A stretch of DNA of 64,000 nucleotides from an uncultured bacterium (GCA_963825135.1 CAWGRW010000009.1:1344001-1408000), one strand, 5' to 3'; shown: positions 52,146 to 61,185, numbered from the stretch's first letter. Numbers and translations: made by a program. Notes: generated by a model not told the origin, from the sequence alone.

Positions 52146-53081
52146 ATGATTTCGGGGAACAAAATCGTCGTGAAGAAGCCGAAAGTCATAGTCGTTTACA
52201 ATCCTATGTGGCACGATCCCCTGGTTTATCCGGAGAATGAGCTGCCGGAGGGTCATGTCATTACTATGGAGAGGCGTTTCATGGACGAGGCCGCGGCGGT
52301 CGTATTCCATCTGCCTACGCTCCCGCCCGGCCTGTTTACGGGAGGAGAAATTGAGAAAAAGAGCGGACAGGTTTGGGTCGCCTGGTATATGGAATGCGAG
52401 GCTCATTACCCTCAACTGGACGATCCCGTCTTTATGAGCCGCTTCGACCTGACTATGTCGCATCGTCAGGAGGCGGATATTTTTTCCCCGTATCTTCCGC
52501 CTGACTTCGGGGAGCTTTCACGCAGGCCGGTCCCGGAAAAGGAGCCCGGGAAAATCTTAAACGCCTTCATCTCGAGCCATATTAATAAAAGCGGGAGGGT
52601 GCAGTACCTGATCAGAATGATGCGGGTGCTCGATATCCATTCGTACGGGAAGATCATTCCGAACATGCCGGCCGGCGACGATTACGGACACCGGTTCAAA
52701 CTGGATACGATTTCGCGCTACCAATTTACTATAGCCTTTGAGAACGCTATAGCGCGGGACTACGTGACGGAAAAATTCTACGACCCGCTGATCGCTGGTT
52801 CCGTGCCAGTTTATCTGGGCGCTCCCAACATCCGCGACTTCGCCCCCGGCGAGAACTGCTTTATCGACGCCTCGGAATGGGAGGACCCGGAGTCCCTTGC
52901 CCGGCACATTCTCGACGTGTCCGGGGACGAAGCGTCATACCTGAGCTATTTTGAATGGAAGAAAAAGCCGTTCCCGCCGAAATTCGCACGCTTGATCGAG
53001 ATTAAAAAGGTGCATCCCTTCGTCAGGCTCTGCCGCAGGATCGATGAGATGATGGGGTCTCGGGGCATTCGCGGGCAATAG
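52146..53081 (+). CDS. GT10 alpha-1,3/1,4-fucosyltransferase-like protein
   Basis: YQFTIAFEN....DYVTEKF...L.AGSVPVYLG motif; N-terminal VVFH, W..E, F.LTMSH...ADIF.PY. Confidence 0.88.
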   Translation: MISGNKIVVKKPKVIVVYNPMWHDPLVYPENELPEGHVITMERRFMDEAAAVVFHLPTLPPGLFTGGEIEKKSGQVWVAWYMECEAHYPQLDDPVFMSRFDLTMSHRQEADIFSPYLPPDFGELSRRPVPEKEPGKILNAFISSHINKSGRVQYLIRMMRVLDIHSYGKIIPNMPAGDDYGHRFKLDTISRYQFTIAFENAIARDYVTEKFYDPLIAGSVPVYLGAPNIRDFAPGENCFIDASEWEDPESLARHILDVSGDEASYLSYFEWKKKPFPPKFARLIEIKKVHPFVRLCRRIDEMMGSRGIRGQ

Positions 53082-53134
53082 GCCGGGCGGAGCGGATTAT
53101 ATAACTATTACAACAAAATAGCCCCTTCCAAATC

Positions 53135-53163
53135 TTGACAGCCATTATTTTATGTAAGAGAAT
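53135..53163 (+). promoter_or_regulatory. Probable promoter of the tRNA-Val/thrS operon
   Basis: TTGACA (53135-53140), 17-nt spacer, GAGAAT (imperfect -10). Confidence 0.5.
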
Positions 53164-53183
53164 TAAGGGTTCTTGTAACTTTA

Positions 53184-53258
53184 GAGCGCGTAGCTCAGGG
53201 GGAGAGCGCTTGCCTGACACGCAAGAGGTCGCAGGTTCAAATCCTGCCGTGCTCACCA
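53184..53258 (+). tRNA. tRNA-Val(GAC)
   Basis: GAGCGCG-TAGCTCAG...CTTGC-CT-GAC-AC-GCAAG...GGTTCAAATCC...CGTGCTC-ACCA. Confidence 0.95.
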
Positions 53259-53274
53259 CATTTAACCGGAGATT

Positions 53275-55209
53275 ATGAAAGAAGTACAAATAAACCTTCC
53301 CGACGGTGCGGTAAGAACCTTTCCCGCGGGCACTACCGTGGGGGAGATCGTCAATACTATCGGGATACAGAACGGGACCGTGGGCGCCGTGGTCAACGGC
53401 GCGCTGGTGGATTTCTGGTTCGAGATCGATTCCGACTCAACGCTTGAGCCCGTAAGGACGGGCTCCGTGGAGGGCCTCGCGCTCATAAGACACACGGCCG
53501 CTCATATCATGGCCGAAGCGGTCCAGTCCCTCTTCCCCGACGCGAAGGTCACGATAGGCCCCGTCATAGAAAACGGTTTTTACTACGACTTCGATTACCC
53601 GCGCGGATTTACTCCCGAAGACCTCGAAAAAATAGAGGAAAAGATGCGGGAGATAACGGAGCAGAAAAAGCCGCTCGTCAGGAAAAAAGTATCGAGAGAA
53701 AACGCAGTCGATATCTTCAGCTCGGAAGGCGAGAATTACAAGGTCGAAATAATAAACGGCCTCCCTCCCGATCAGCAGATAACCATCTACGAGCAGGGCG
53801 GCTGGCACGACCTCTGCAGGGGGCCGCACGCCCCCTCGACGGGTTTCGTTAAGGCGTTCAAGCTCTTGAGCATCGCCGGGGCCTACTGGAGGGGAGACGA
53901 GAAGAACCCGATGCTCCAGAGGATTTACGGCACCGCGTTCTGGGACAGAAAAGAGCTGAAGGAGTATCTGGACAGACTCGAGGAAGCGAAAAAGCGCGAC
54001 CACAGAAAGGTCGGCAGGGAGCTCGACCTCTTTTCCATACAGGAAGAAACAGGGGCCGGGCTCGTGCTATGGCATCCGAAGGGCTCGCGTATAAGGCGAG
54101 TGATCGAGGACTTCTGGCGCGCGGAGCACGAGCGTTACGACTACGAGCTCCTCTATACCCCGCACATAGCCAAGATAGACCTCTGGAAAACGAGCGGCCA
54201 CCTGGAATTCTACAGCGAAAACATGTACCCCCGTATGGAGGTCGAGAATACCGAATTCCAGATAAAGCCCATGAACTGCCCCTTCCATATAATGATATAT
54301 AAAACGGGCATAAGGAGTTACAGGGACCTGCCCTTGAGATGGGCCGAGATAGGGACGGTCTACCGCTACGAGCGCTCGGGCGTGCTCCACGGTCTTCTCA
54401 GGGTAAGGGGGTTCTCACAGGACGACGCCCACATATTCTGCAGGCCCGACCAGATGGAGGACGAGGTCCTGGGGGTACTCGACCTGACTATCATGTTCTT
54501 GAAGACGTTCGGCTTCGACGAATATGAGATATATTTATCGACCAGGCCCGAGAAGTTCGTCGGGCGCGTCGAGGTATGGGACAGGGCCACGGAAGCGCTC
54601 AGGACCGCTCTCGATAAAAAAGGGCTTAAATACGAGGTTGACGAAGGCGGGGGGGCGTTCTACGGCCCCAAGATAGACCTAAAGATAAAGGACGTTTTAG
54701 GCAGAGCTTGGCAGTGCTCTACAGTTCAGGTAGATTTTAACCTTCCCGAAAGGTTCGATATGAGCTATGTCGGGGAAGATAACGCGCGTCATCAGCCCAT
54801 TATGATACACCGCGCTATCTTCGGGTCTATGGAAAGATTTTTCGGTGTGTTGATAGAGCATTACGGGGGGGCGTTTCCCCTCTGGCTCAGCCCCGTGCAG
54901 GTGCGCATAGCTACAGTAGGGGACGAGCAGGGCCCTTACGCGGACGGGCTTTATAAGCGGTTGAGAGCTCAGAAGATAAGGGTCGAGAAAGATACGAGAA
55001 ACGAAAAGCTCGGATTGAAGGTAAGGGAGGCTCAGCTTGCGAAGATCCCTTATCTCCTTGTGGTCGGAAAGAATGAAGCGGAATCGGGGACTGTGGCTCC
55101 CAGGAAGCTGGGCGGCGAGAATCTGCCTCCGATGACGATGGACGAGTTCCTGAGCCGCATAGAAATCGAGCGTGATCCTCAAACATGGAGGGAGGTTAAA
55201 CGGCAATAG
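53275..55209 (+). CDS. thrS: Threonyl-tRNA synthetase
   Basis: TGS domain, RHTAAH, DLCRGPH, KPMNCP.H, RVRGFSQDDAHIF, HRAI.GS.ERF. Confidence 0.97.
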   Translation: MKEVQINLPDGAVRTFPAGTTVGEIVNTIGIQNGTVGAVVNGALVDFWFEIDSDSTLEPVRTGSVEGLALIRHTAAHIMAEAVQSLFPDAKVTIGPVIENGFYYDFDYPRGFTPEDLEKIEEKMREITEQKKPLVRKKVSRENAVDIFSSEGENYKVEIINGLPPDQQITIYEQGGWHDLCRGPHAPSTGFVKAFKLLSIAGAYWRGDEKNPMLQRIYGTAFWDRKELKEYLDRLEEAKKRDHRKVGRELDLFSIQEETGAGLVLWHPKGSRIRRVIEDFWRAEHERYDYELLYTPHIAKIDLWKTSGHLEFYSENMYPRMEVENTEFQIKPMNCPFHIMIYKTGIRSYRDLPLRWAEIGTVYRYERSGVLHGLLRVRGFSQDDAHIFCRPDQMEDEVLGVLDLTIMFLKTFGFDEYEIYLSTRPEKFVGRVEVWDRATEALRTALDKKGLKYEVDEGGGAFYGPKIDLKIKDVLGRAWQCSTVQVDFNLPERFDMSYVGEDNARHQPIMIHRAIFGSMERFFGVLIEHYGGAFPLWLSPVQVRIATVGDEQGPYADGLYKRLRAQKIRVEKDTRNEKLGLKVREAQLAKIPYLLVVGKNEAESGTVAPRKLGGENLPPMTMDEFLSRIEIERDPQTWREVKRQ

Positions 55210-55769
55210 CTAAGGGAATTAGAACCAAAGAAGCAGAAATACGGATTAATCAGAGGATAAAGGCGCGGGAAGTGAGGCTGGTTTCCGATACGGGGGAACA
55301 GCTTGGTGTGGTTCCGATACGGGATGCCCTCGTTATGTCCGAGGAAAGGGGCGTCGACCTGGTCGAGGTCGCGCCAAACGCGAACCCTCCCGTATGCAGG
55401 TTGATGGATTACGGAAAATATAAATACGAATTAAAAAAACAGGCGAACGCAAAAAGACAGAAGACTCAGACTATAAAAGAGTTAAAATTTCGCCCCAATA
55501 TAGGCGATCACGACCTCGATGTTAAAATAAACCGCATCAGGGAGTTTTTGGAAGACGAAAATAAAACGAAAATAAGGATATTTTTCAGGGGCAGGGAAAT
55601 AGTGCATCCGGAGCTGGGCAGGGTGCTCGCAAACAGGATTATTGAAAGGGTGGCCGATATCGGCGGTGTGGATATGCCTCCGAGGCTCGAAGGGAAAAAT
55701 CTCATAATGGTCATATCGCCCAAGAAAAGTCCGCAGGGCGGGAGGGAAAATGCCAAAACAGAAAGTTAA
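55206..55769 (+). CDS. infC: Translation initiation factor IF-3; ATA start codon
   Basis: RINQRI.AREVRLV, DLVEV.PNA.PPVC..MDYGK, KE.KFRP, FRGRE; in-frame ATA at 55206 with GGAGGT SD. Confidence 0.93.
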   Translation: MAKGIRTKEAEIRINQRIKAREVRLVSDTGEQLGVVPIRDALVMSEERGVDLVEVAPNANPPVCRLMDYGKYKYELKKQANAKRQKTQTIKELKFRPNIGDHDLDVKINRIREFLEDENKTKIRIFFRGREIVHPELGRVLANRIIERVADIGGVDMPPRLEGKNLIMVISPKKSPQGGRENAKTES

Positions 55770-55953
55770 AACGAACAGGGCCGCCGCAAAAAGGTTCAGG
55801 GTTACGGCGAGCGGGAAAATTAAGAGGCACAGCGGGGGGCACAGCCACTCGAATGAAAAAAAGGGAAGGAAGCGTATGCGGAGGCTGGTCTCGGCTTCTT
55901 ATGAAGCAGGCGGCGAGGCCCGCAGGATCAGGTCCTATATCCCATATAAGTAA
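55750..55953 (+). CDS. rpmI: 50S ribosomal protein L35
   Basis: MPK..KT.RAAAKRF.VT.SGK; lies between infC and rplT. Confidence 0.92.
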   Translation: MPKQKVKTNRAAAKRFRVTASGKIKRHSGGHSHSNEKKGRKRMRRLVSASYEAGGEARRIRSYIPYK

Positions 55954-56024
55954 TAGTTTCGATAAATAGTCGGTTGTCGCAGGCGTCATTGTGTAAGTGA
56001 CGATTTAAAAGACGGGAGAGAACA

Positions 56025-56378
56025 ATGAGAATAAAAAGAGGGGTAGCCTCGAGAAAGAGAAGGAAGAGGGTTCTGAAGCTCGCTAAGGGGTTTTGGGGCA
56101 GAAGGAAGAATAATATAAGAAGGGCGAAAGAGACCGTCCTTCGCGCCATGGCGTATGCCTTCAGGCACAGAAAGCTTAAGAAGAGGGATTTCAGGAAGCT
56201 CTGGATCGTGAGGATAAACGCCGCGGTAAGGCCTTACGGTCTTTCCTATAGCGCCTTCATGGGTTCATTGAAGAAGGCCGGTATCGAGCTCGACAGGAAG
56301 ACACTATCGGAGATGGCGATTCGCGAGCCCGAGAGCTTCAAGGCCGTCGTCGACGCCGCGAAAACCGGATTGAATTAG
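56025..56378 (+). CDS. rplT: 50S ribosomal protein L20
   Basis: R.KRGV...RRK.VLKLAKG, KKRDFR.LWI.RINAA, LDRK.L. Confidence 0.96.
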   Translation: MRIKRGVASRKRRKRVLKLAKGFWGRRKNNIRRAKETVLRAMAYAFRHRKLKKRDFRKLWIVRINAAVRPYGLSYSAFMGSLKKAGIELDRKTLSEMAIREPESFKAVVDAAKTGLN

Positions 56379-56437
56379 CCGAAGAATTACTTGCCGCACC
56401 ATCTCACTATAAAATAGCCCAATCACGGGACCCGCAT

Positions 56438-57097
56438 TCACACCGAATGCGGGTCGTATTCGAGCGGACACCCCGAGCATACCGGGTCACGTTTCTTACA
56501 ATGCTCCTTCGCCAGCCTCACTAAAAGCGCGTGATATTCGTTGAACATGCCAGCGTCTTCTTGAAGTGAATCGGTAAAAATCTCCTGAATTTCGCCGTAC
56601 GAAATCACTTCCGGTACGAGTCCGTGCCTATAGAGCACCCTCCACGTATATGCGTCCACGACGAACACAGGCATCCCTCCCGCGTAGAGCATGATGCTGT
56701 CCGCGGTCTCGGGGCCTATGCCCTTCAGCGACAGGAGTTTTTCTCTAAGAATTGATTTGTCCAGCGAGAACATATTATCGATGCTTCCCGAGAATTCATC
56801 CACAAGGAACGATATAAAGTTCTTTATTTTGATCGCCTTCTGATTGAAGTACCCGGAGGGGCGTATGAGCGGGGCGAGCTCGTCCGAGGTTATGGAGTCG
56901 AGCGCCTCTATCGATACGAGGTTTTCCCGCTTGAGGCTGTCAAGCGCTTTCACGACGTTCTTCCACGACGTGTTCTGCGTCAGTATCGCCCCCAGGATGC
57001 ATTCGAGCGCCGTTCCCGCGGGCCACCACCCTTGGGGGCCGAACCTTCTATGGAGCTCTTCGTAGAATTTCTTTATCCGGGCGCTCTTCGTCGTCAT
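56438..57097 (-). CDS. HhH-GPD DNA glycosylase, endonuclease III-related
   Basis: GPQGWWP, GAILTQNT.W, IRPSG.FNQKA, HhH LKGIGPETAD, VVDAY, C-x6-C-x2-C. Confidence 0.85.
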   Translation of the reverse strand: MTTKSARIKKFYEELHRRFGPQGWWPAGTALECILGAILTQNTSWKNVVKALDSLKRENLVSIEALDSITSDELAPLIRPSGYFNQKAIKIKNFISFLVDEFSGSIDNMFSLDKSILREKLLSLKGIGPETADSIMLYAGGMPVFVVDAYTWRVLYRHGLVPEVISYGEIQEIFTDSLQEDAGMFNEYHALLVRLAKEHCKKRDPVCSGCPLEYDPHSV

Positions 57098-57156
57098 GAT
57101 CTAATAGCGTATCTGACAGAGAGATAATATACCGGGGGGCGGTTGCAATCAGGGAT

Positions 57157-58008
57157 TTACTTTGTAATGGGGTTGTTCGGGGCTTTCTGTGCTTTCTCGT
57201 AATACGGCAGGGCTTCTGGCAGCCATTTCTTGAGGTTATTTATCCTCGTCCCGTAGCCCGGGTGTGTCGAGAGGAATTCAGGGGGTTGCGGCTTCCCCTT
57301 CACGGCCGCGTCCATCCTCTCCCAGAACGCTATGGCCTCCCTCGGGTCATACCCTGCCTCCGCCATGTAAACGAGCCCTATGTGGTCGGCTTCCGCCTCC
57401 TGTGTCCTGCTGAAGGGCAGTATGCCCCCGACCGTGACCCCGATGCCGTATGCCTGCATGACGGCGTCCGCCAACAAGGGGTCGCTCCCTCCTAGCGCCG
57501 CGCTCACGCCTACGGCGCCTATCTGGGCGAGCACGTCCGTGGACATACGCTCCCCTCCGTGGCGGGCCGCGACGTGCGCCACTTCATGGGCCATCACCGT
57601 CGCCAGGCCCGCGTCGTTGAGCGCCACGGGCAGTATGCCGGTATATACCCCCACCTTCCCCCCGGGCAGCGCGAAGGCGTTTATCTGCTCGTCGTCTTTC
57701 AACACCTTGAAGTCCCAGTTGTACTTAGGCGTGTCGGCCACCCCCACGATCCTCGTGCCCACTCTGGTAACGGCCTCGTTATACTGCGCGTTCTTCGATA
57801 CCTGCTCGGTCTTGAGCACGTCCTGAAAGGCCGCCAAGCCCATCTGGTTTTCTTCCGACTGGGAGAGGAGAATGAATTGAGACCTTCCCGTAACGGGAGC
57901 TTTGTAGCACGCGATAACGACTGCGCCCGATATGATCAATGCGAGCGCGATTAAGACCGATTTGAATAATCGGGCCTTCGTAATATTTCCGCGGGAGAAT
58001 TTCATCAT
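57157..58008 (-). CDS. M48 family Zn metallopeptidase (lipoprotein)
   Basis: Lipobox-like VIAC, TGR.Q, NAFALPGG, HEVAH, E.EAD, EFLSTHP. Confidence 0.9.
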   Translation of the reverse strand: MMKFSRGNITKARLFKSVLIALALIISGAVVIACYKAPVTGRSQFILLSQSEENQMGLAAFQDVLKTEQVSKNAQYNEAVTRVGTRIVGVADTPKYNWDFKVLKDDEQINAFALPGGKVGVYTGILPVALNDAGLATVMAHEVAHVAARHGGERMSTDVLAQIGAVGVSAALGGSDPLLADAVMQAYGIGVTVGGILPFSRTQEAEADHIGLVYMAEAGYDPREAIAFWERMDAAVKGKPQPPEFLSTHPGYGTRINNLKKWLPEALPYYEKAQKAPNNPITK

Positions 58009-58078
58009 TTATCTAGTTTTATCAATACGGCGGCAATTTGCAATAATATTTTGATATCGGAGCGAACCGGAATAAAGG

Positions 58079-58145
58079 CGGAGACAAACTTCTATCCCCC
58101 GCGCCCGTAAGCGTTAGCACAGCGGGAGATAAAAGCCTGTCTCCG
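58079..58145 (-). terminator. 24-bp RNA stem-loop downstream of the aminotransferase (terminator or processing site)
   Basis: Arms 58079-58102 and 58122-58145 pair fully on the minus strand with four G-U wobbles; U-tract is weak. Confidence 0.55.
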
Positions 58146-58162
58146 GTATTTCTATGACATGC

Positions 58163-59341
58163 TTATTTTTTAAGGTTGGCTGATTTTATCCTTCTGATGC
58201 CTTCGTCTATGTCCTCGTCCGCGCACGCGTAGGTGATCCTCACGTACCCTTCCCCCTGGCTCCCGAACGCCGTGCCCGCTACTACCGCCACGCCGGCCGT
58301 CTCGACGAGCCTGTCCGTGAATTCCTGCGAGGTCAATCCCGTTCCCGTAATATCCGGAAACGCGTAGAACGCTCCGTCGGGCGTGTCGCACTGTATTCCG
58401 GGTATTGAGTTTAGCCCCGCGACCATCCTGTCTCGCTTCTTCTTGAGGAGCTCCCTCTTCTCGATAGTCCAGTCCTGCGGACCCGCCATCGCCGCGTATG
58501 CGGCCTTCTGAATGAAGGCGGCGACGTTCGTGATCGAGTCCTGGAGGAATATCGACAGCTTGTCGATGACCGGCACCGGAGCGACTGCCCAGCCTATCCT
58601 CCAGCCTGTCATGGCGTACGTCTTGGAGAAAGTATCGATAACGATCGTCCTCTCGGCCATTCCGGGCACGGCGGATATCGTTTTATGCGGCTTGTCGTAC
58701 GTCACGTGAGAGAATATCTCGTCCGATATGACCATCAGGTTCGGGTACTTGAAGCAGAGCTCGGCGATCTCCTCCGGGTTCTCCACGAGGTGTCCGTTCG
58801 GTCTCTGCGGAGTGTTAATAATAAGGAGCTTCGTTTTCGGCGTGATCATGGCCTCGAGCTTTTCCATGTCGAACTGCCAGTCCGGTTTGGTAAGCGGGGT
58901 ATGGTTGATTCTCGCCCTTACGTATTTAGCCCACACTTCGTCGGGCGGATATCCGGGGTTCGGGAAAATCACCTCGTCCCCCTCTTCCAGGAACGTGAGG
59001 AGCGACATGGTGAGAGCGTGCTTGGCGCCGGCGGTTACGATAACTTCTTCCGGTTTTGTCTTTCTCCCCTCCCGGGTCATCTCTGCGGCTATGGCTTCCC
59101 TTAGCTCCGGAAGGCCGGGTCCCGGGTCATACCTGACGTAACCGTCCTTGAGCGCCTGTACGGTAGCTTCCAGAACGTGATCCGGCGTATAGAAATCCGG
59201 ACCCTGATAGTCCCCCTTTTCAAAATGTATAATCTTCTGCCCGGTCTTTTTCTCCAGCTCCCGGGCGACCCTCATGCTGGCCCATTGCTTCGGCGGAACA
59301 AAATGGCTGATCTTTGAGCTGAAAGGATATGAGACTGCCAT
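58163..59341 (-). CDS. PLP-dependent class I/II aminotransferase
   Basis: G.PELREAIA, TAGAK, NTP..PNG, SDEI, SKTYAMTGWRIG, GAFY.F. Confidence 0.9.
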   Translation of the reverse strand: MAVSYPFSSKISHFVPPKQWASMRVARELEKKTGQKIIHFEKGDYQGPDFYTPDHVLEATVQALKDGYVRYDPGPGLPELREAIAAEMTREGRKTKPEEVIVTAGAKHALTMSLLTFLEEGDEVIFPNPGYPPDEVWAKYVRARINHTPLTKPDWQFDMEKLEAMITPKTKLLIINTPQRPNGHLVENPEEIAELCFKYPNLMVISDEIFSHVTYDKPHKTISAVPGMAERTIVIDTFSKTYAMTGWRIGWAVAPVPVIDKLSIFLQDSITNVAAFIQKAAYAAMAGPQDWTIEKRELLKKKRDRMVAGLNSIPGIQCDTPDGAFYAFPDITGTGLTSQEFTDRLVETAGVAVVAGTAFGSQGEGYVRITYACADEDIDEGIRRIKSANLKK

Positions 59342-59385
59342 TTGTAATACCTCCTTGTTGATGAATGATTTGTGAATGCTTACTT

Positions 59386-60039
59386 CTACATCCTCGCAGC
59401 TCGGGTCTTTTCATATTGGGGGACCAGGATTCCCCCGGAAATCATAGAAAACACCTCTTCCGCGATACTTTCTGCGCTTTTTTCGGCTTTGTAATAAAAC
59501 ATTACGGACCTGACGAGCCCGAAGATAATGAGGGACGTAAGCTCCGTATTGGAGGGTCTGAAAGACCCCTCGGTTATTCCCTTCTCCAGAATTTTTTGAT
59601 ATAGCCTTATCCTTCTCAGTCGCCAGTGCTCGGTAAATTCGTAGTGCTCCCTTATGAGGTGCGTCTCGTCCCTGCTCAGGATACGGAGCACGTCCAGGTT
59701 CTGGAGGTAGAATTTAAAGATCAGCCCCAGGACCTTTTTTAGCTTCACGGGGGCAGGGTCGCTCTTGGCGGTTTCCTTCTCGAGTATCGACTCGATTTCC
59801 TCGTAAGTATCTTCCATTATTTCAAGATATAGCTTTTCTTTGGAGTCGAAATAGAGGTATATCGTCCCTTTGGCGACCCCCACCTTTTCCGCGATATCGT
59901 CCATGGTGACGTCGTGGTAGCTCTTCTGTGAAAAGAGCTTGGCGGCGGCTTTGATGATTTCGTCCTTACGCCCGCCCTTAGGCATCTGGCCGGCAGGCGC
60001 GCGCGGGTGCTCTCTTATCGATTTACGTGTTTTAGCCAT
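59386..60039 (-). CDS. TetR/AcrR family transcriptional regulator
   Basis: IIKAAAKLF....Y...TMDDIA..VGVAKGTIYLYF.SKE.L HTH. Confidence 0.92.
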   Translation of the reverse strand: MAKTRKSIREHPRAPAGQMPKGGRKDEIIKAAAKLFSQKSYHDVTMDDIAEKVGVAKGTIYLYFDSKEKLYLEIMEDTYEEIESILEKETAKSDPAPVKLKKVLGLIFKFYLQNLDVLRILSRDETHLIREHYEFTEHWRLRRIRLYQKILEKGITEGSFRPSNTELTSLIIFGLVRSVMFYYKAEKSAESIAEEVFSMISGGILVPQYEKTRAARM

Positions 60040-60063
60040 GTTTAACCCATCACCATGTGTTGA

Positions 60064-60113
60064 ACTGACTAGTCAGTCATTGAGATATTAGTATATCTCA
60101 AATTTTTTGTCAA
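60064..60113 (-). promoter_or_regulatory. tetR promoter with two palindromic operator candidates
   Basis: Minus-strand TTGACA (60113-60108), 17-nt spacer, TAATAT (60090-60085); palindromes at 60064-60077 and 60080-60101. Confidence 0.7.
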
Positions 60114-60332
60114 GTAGTTTTTTTCGCGGGATTTGACAATTGCTCCGGTATCGCAAACAGGGGATTTTAGTGCTCTTTCGGTCTCATTCCGGACTCCTTC
60201 CGGTCCCCCCCCGGGCTTAAACGGGGCGACGGGGCCCCGGCTCCTCCGCGAATGATGCAGTTTGTGCTATAATTTTGGCTTTTTGAAAACCGTGATGATA
60301 GAATAATCACTCAAAAAAGAACGGAGGATTTC

Positions 60333-60914
60333 ATGAGGGCTTCGAATCTGCTTTTAATACTGTTGCTTACTGTTACCTTGACATACGTCGGGTGTAAAAG
60401 ATCCGGGAATGAATCCGATACTGCCGATAAAGCTGCAACGACGGAGCGGGCCGACAACGTAGGGGAGAAGGTCGAGGATGATGTAAAAGACGCGGTCGAA
60501 AAGAGTGAAGAAATGCATGCGGCTCAGGTGGCTGAGCTCAACAAGAAAGCCCCGTCCGAGATAGCGACCGAGCTCTGGAACCTGATCCAGACCGAAGAAT
60601 ATCAGCAATGGAAAGAAGTGCCGAGTCACGGTTTGATTACGAGCAACGGCGGTAAAACTAAAACGAATCTGAAGACCTATGCCAACGATCTCGCCTATCA
60701 GGCTATGCAGACAAAGGCCAGGTCTCTCCCCCCGGGCTCGATTATGGTCAAGGAAAGATACGACGATCATGACCAGCTTCAAGCGATATCGGCGATGATA
60801 AACCTGGGCGGGAACGATCCCAAGGATATCAACTGGTTCTGGGCCCAATATTCTCCTGACGGGAAACCCCTGAAAATGGGTCAAACCGGAAAAGGGGTCA
60901 AATCCTCTCAGTAA
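60333..60914 (+). CDS. Lipoprotein with cytochrome P460-like domain lacking CxxCH
   Basis: Lipobox-like YVGC; Y..W, Y.N..A, LPPGSIMVKE.Y, M, NWFWAQY.PDG pattern. Confidence 0.6.
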   Translation: MRASNLLLILLLTVTLTYVGCKRSGNESDTADKAATTERADNVGEKVEDDVKDAVEKSEEMHAAQVAELNKKAPSEIATELWNLIQTEEYQQWKEVPSHGLITSNGGKTKTNLKTYANDLAYQAMQTKARSLPPGSIMVKERYDDHDQLQAISAMINLGGNDPKDINWFWAQYSPDGKPLKMGQTGKGVKSSQ

Positions 60915-61042
60915 AGTCATAAATACATTCGCGAAGTGGGCCTTGCTTGTTACAGCGTGCCGCCTGTTTAGCGGGCTTGGCGCGGAGAGGGTCTCTGACG
61001 CAATCCTTCCGGAACGAAGCCCGGTCGTTGTGCATATTATGA

Positions 61043-61089
61043 GGGAATTATTCATCGTCTCGGGCTTGCATTTCGTATGAATAATTCCC
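61043..61089. repeat. Perfect 13-bp inverted repeat with 21-nt spacer
   Basis: GGGAATTATTCAT (61043-61055) and ATGAATAATTCCC (61077-61089). Confidence 0.8.
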
Positions 61090-61185
61090 CCTCCGGGACT
61101 GAGAATGCGGCCAGCTCGCTCAGGTATACTAAGATTGCCGTTGACCGGCTTTTTACGGATATTCTGGTCCCGTTAGCCTGACCCG

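Noticed and set aside
51895..53258. tRNA-anchored genomic island around the GT10 gene
   Set aside because: The gene sits at the 5' sides of both tRNAs; no integrase or duplicated tRNA 3' end was seen
53259..53274. T-box or tRNA-mimic operator for thrS
   Set aside because: Only 16 nt separate tRNA-Val from thrS; this gene order is common
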